Both the position numbers and the translations under genes were made by a program. Under the pieces are notes generated by a model. It made no database searches. It was not told where the DNA came from and worked only from the letters and a program-made list of their open reading frames with translations. This document shows, piece after piece, positions 34,324 to 36,734 of a stretch of DNA of 36,734 bases (position 1 is the first letter of the stretch; the number at the start of each line of letters is the position of its first letter). Source of the DNA: Methanobacteriota archaeon (GTDB lineage: Archaea > Thermoplasmatota > Poseidoniia > Poseidoniales > Poseidoniaceae); assembly GCA_009936765.1 (NCBI GenBank), contig JAACDL010000190.1, forward strand, positions 1 through 36,734, read 5' to 3'.

Positions 34324-35009
34324 GGTTGCCAATCATCATGACCTGGCTCTCGATACCACCAGTAGCCGTCATCATCTTTCCACCATTCGATTCCATCATC
34401 GTCAGTGTAGTAATTCTCGTCTGCTTCTTCATCTGAACTAGGATCTTCAAGGCCGCTTTCTTCTGCCATCTGTTTCTTTAGCTGGTTAATTCCATCTTCA
34501 GCATCTGCAAACACACGGTTCTGAGTGCGGATTTCGTGTTGGTGATCTCCTGCCGCAATAGCATCATCAGATTCCGCATAGAAATCTGCAGACATGGATT
34601 GGCGGAACTCTTCGAATTCATCTCTACCGAAGGAACCTGTAAACTCTGAACCTTGGGATTTCATCAAGTCGTCTAGATTCTTGCGCTTTCCAAGATTAAG
34701 TTTGGGAGAATCTGGCATATCTCCACCGTCATAGAATTCATCACTATCATCGGTTAGTTTTGGGAAAGAGCGGCCTTCAGGGTCCGCTTCCTCTATTGAT
34801 TCGATCAATAGGTCATGCTCTTCTTCATCGATGTTTTCTTCATCGTACTGGTCGCCAATAGCTTTGACTAATTTTTTCAAAGTTCTAGCCAGAGCCTTGT
34901 CGCTACTTGCTTCTGAAATTACTTTGTCGATTTGCTTTTGCAAGCGCTCGTACGGGCTACCAGTGATGGCACCGAGGAAACGTCCGAATCCTCCCTTTTT
35001 CTTCGCCAT
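34314..35009 (-). CDS. Hypothetical acidic cytoplasmic protein with N-terminal amphipathic helix and Trp-rich C-terminal module
   Basis: 231-aa ORF, MAKKKGGFGRFLGAITG...YYTDDDGIEWWKDDDGYWWYREPGHDDWQPHE; upstream promoter-like CTTGAATA. Confidence 0.8.
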   Translation of the reverse strand: MAKKKGGFGRFLGAITGSPYERLQKQIDKVISEASSDKALARTLKKLVKAIGDQYDEENIDEEEHDLLIESIEEADPEGRSFPKLTDDSDEFYDGGDMPDSPKLNLGKRKNLDDLMKSQGSEFTGSFGRDEFEEFRQSMSADFYAESDDAIAAGDHQHEIRTQNRVFADAEDGINQLKKQMAEESGLEDPSSDEEADENYYTDDDGIEWWKDDDGYWWYREPGHDDWQPHE

Positions 35010-35100
35010 GGTGTCAATAAGGTACCGGGAGTATTCAAGTATTGCCCGAACAAGTACAGTTTTGCGACTTCTTCATGTCTAAGCACTGGTTCGCCATACC

Positions 35101-35793
35101 ATGGTGAGCGATTGGGTAGCAGATGCTATCGCCATCTACAATGATGAATCCCATAACCGTAGAGAAGAATATGTGGCACAAGTTCACTTTCCCGCAAGAA
35201 TCCTAGAAGATATTCTAGAATGGGCATTCAAAGCCCTTCCAGATGAAATTCTTGTTGGATTAGATGTTTCTGAATTACAAAACTTACCAGAAATTGAAGT
35301 CGAGTTCCAAGGTGAAAAACAACGCGACAACCTGTTTGCCGGGCAGGGGTACAGAATAAATGAGGCCGCTATGGTCAATAGAGGAGATTCATATTCTGTC
35401 CATCATTTGCCAGAAGAATGGACCGATGAAGTATTTGGGACTGATAGAGGACCCAGGGCTGGAAGGTTCACACATTGGCTTCACACTCACCCAAATTGTC
35501 CAGCAATACCTAGCGAGGCAGATGCTAGTGCTGCTCAATCCACAGACGGCGTAGACCTAATTTTAGGAATTGAGTTTTCTCCAGAGGGACCTTTACCATG
35601 GTTTGATGGAATTGAGGGAGAAAGGAGAGTTATTGGTGAAAAGAAATCATGGTTTTCACGAAAAGACAAGAGGAAGGTTCTGGGAGTTGCACCTACCGGG
35701 CACCGCATACATTCTCTCGAATTAATAGCATTCCACAAAGCAGGTTTGGGAGTCAATGTCGTATTCGTTAACGATGATGGAATTGCCTACTGA
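35101..35793 (+). CDS. JAMM/MPN+ (Mov34) metalloprotease
   Basis: ALPDEILVGL (Glu) and HTHPNCPAIPSEAD = H-x-H-x7-S-x2-D. Confidence 0.85.
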   Translation: MVSDWVADAIAIYNDESHNRREEYVAQVHFPARILEDILEWAFKALPDEILVGLDVSELQNLPEIEVEFQGEKQRDNLFAGQGYRINEAAMVNRGDSYSVHHLPEEWTDEVFGTDRGPRAGRFTHWLHTHPNCPAIPSEADASAAQSTDGVDLILGIEFSPEGPLPWFDGIEGERRVIGEKKSWFSRKDKRKVLGVAPTGHRIHSLELIAFHKAGLGVNVVFVNDDGIAY

Positions 35794-36200
35794 CAAGTTG
35801 TTTCAAAGTCATAATCAAGAAGATATTCTTCTAATTGATCTAACCTTTCACTGTTCACACCAAGATCTGAACGTCCTAATCTTGACTTGCTGAATAGGTC
35901 AACTGTTCCACATTCATTGGAATAATGGACATCATCTGGAAATTGAAAAACAAGCGACCTATCGACTACATGGCCAGGAGTGAATGTTGTCGTAAACGAT
36001 CTTTCACGTGCCCATTCCATGATAGCATCATCGAGTTCTTCATCGCTAACATCTAACTGAATTGTTCTGTAATCACAATTCATAGAGCCTTCGGGACATT
36101 CGTCTGGCATTTCTGAAACCCCGAAGGGTGTGCTAAGTATGTTCATCAAGAGTAATCCGGCAAGATAAATTGCAGGAGCCCATTGCCAAGATTTAGACAA
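35787..36200 (-). CDS. DUF1499-family protein with N-terminal TM
   Basis: CP...NC, RSLVFQFPDDV, SKSRLGRSDLGVNSERL. TTG 36200 chosen because GGAGGTGA (36205-36212) lies 4 nt upstream. Confidence 0.75.
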   Translation of the reverse strand: MSKSWQWAPAIYLAGLLLMNILSTPFGVSEMPDECPEGSMNCDYRTIQLDVSDEELDDAIMEWARERSFTTTFTPGHVVDRSLVFQFPDDVHYSNECGTVDLFSKSRLGRSDLGVNSERLDQLEEYLLDYDFETTCQ

Positions 36201-36204
36201 GGAA

Positions 36205-36734
36205 TCACCTCCGTAGCCAACTGCCATTACTCCACTCGTATACGATAGGTTGGCCTGTTGGGATCTCTAATTTCAGAACTTCTTCTTTTGACAACCCTTC
36301 GATATTCATTACCATTGAACGGAGGCTGTTTCCATGAGCTGCTACAAACACATTCTTTCCCTCTTCTAATGAAGTCATAATTGCTGATTGCAAATAAGGG
36401 ATGGTTCGCGCCGCTGTCAATTCTAACGACTCACCATTCGGAGGAGGGACATCATACGAACGGCGCCAGATATGCACCTGGTCGTCGCCATATTTATCGC
36501 GAGTCTCTTGCTTGTCTAAACCTTGTAAATCCCCGTACATACGCTCATTCAGTTGCCATGAAACATGGACAGGGAGAGTGTTTTCTCCAGAATCATTTGA
36601 TTGAGCCCATTCGACCATTCTAGATTCATTTTCACTCATCGAATCGCCACTTTCAGGGTATTGGAAGATTGGAGTTTTCCCAGAATCATGTTGAGCTAAT
36701 GCAAGCATTGCTGTCATCTGTGCACGGATTAAAG
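36205..36734 (-). CDS. gpmA: 2,3-bisphosphoglycerate-dependent phosphoglycerate mutase (N-terminus beyond the right edge)
   Basis: [57 protein letters not shown]. The frame stays open to the window end; the RHG motif lies outside. Confidence 0.92.
   Translation of the reverse strand, partial: LIRAQMTAMLALAQHDSGKTPIFQYPESGDSMSENESRMVEWAQSNDSGENTLPVHVSWQLNERMYGDLQGLDKQETRDKYGDDQVHIWRRSYDVPPPNGESLELTAARTIPYLQSAIMTSLEEGKNVFVAAHGNSLRSMVMNIEGLSKEEVLKLEIPTGQPIVYEWSNGSWLRR

Noticed and set aside
35101..35793. CBASS Cap3 or other ubiquitin-like defence operon
   Set aside because: No CD-NTase, E1/E2 or Ubl gene is adjacent.

Overview
Gene-dense (~26 CDS, intergenic gaps about 110 bp or less) archaeal chromosomal segment. 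It most resembles Marine Group II Euryarchaeota (Ca. Poseidoniales); this is inferred from GGAGGTGA Shine-Dalgarno sites, apparently leaderless genes, acidic TSP3/FG-GAP/PKD surface proteins, bacterial-type UvrC, Taw2 and a JAMM protease. The left two-thirds is a cell-surface region. It holds a >1680-aa FG-GAP + thrombospondin-3 protein missing from the ORF track (it runs off the left edge), a second TSP3 protein, an Ig-like membrane protein, a DUF4105/Lnb-like protein, an Asp-box propeller, divergent GT4/GT2 glycosyltransferases, a sortase-tail-like acidic protein and a 1541-aa beta-helix/PKD protein. The right part has two stand-alone Lrp/AsnC ligand-binding proteins, a wHTH-STAND ATPase, uvrC, a 3-domain repeat surface protein, TYW2, a membrane cyclophilin, a CocE/S15 hydrolase, a receiver domain, a JAMM protease, DUF1499 and a partial gpmA. 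No tRNA, rRNA, CRISPR array or mobile element was recognised. The most novel-looking signals are short modules shared by unrelated proteins: an acidic DAE[IL]...LN...TxAVSxxFLI...SxG N-terminal anchor and a Trp-rich C-terminal module. All family calls come from motif recognition by eye; no searches were run.
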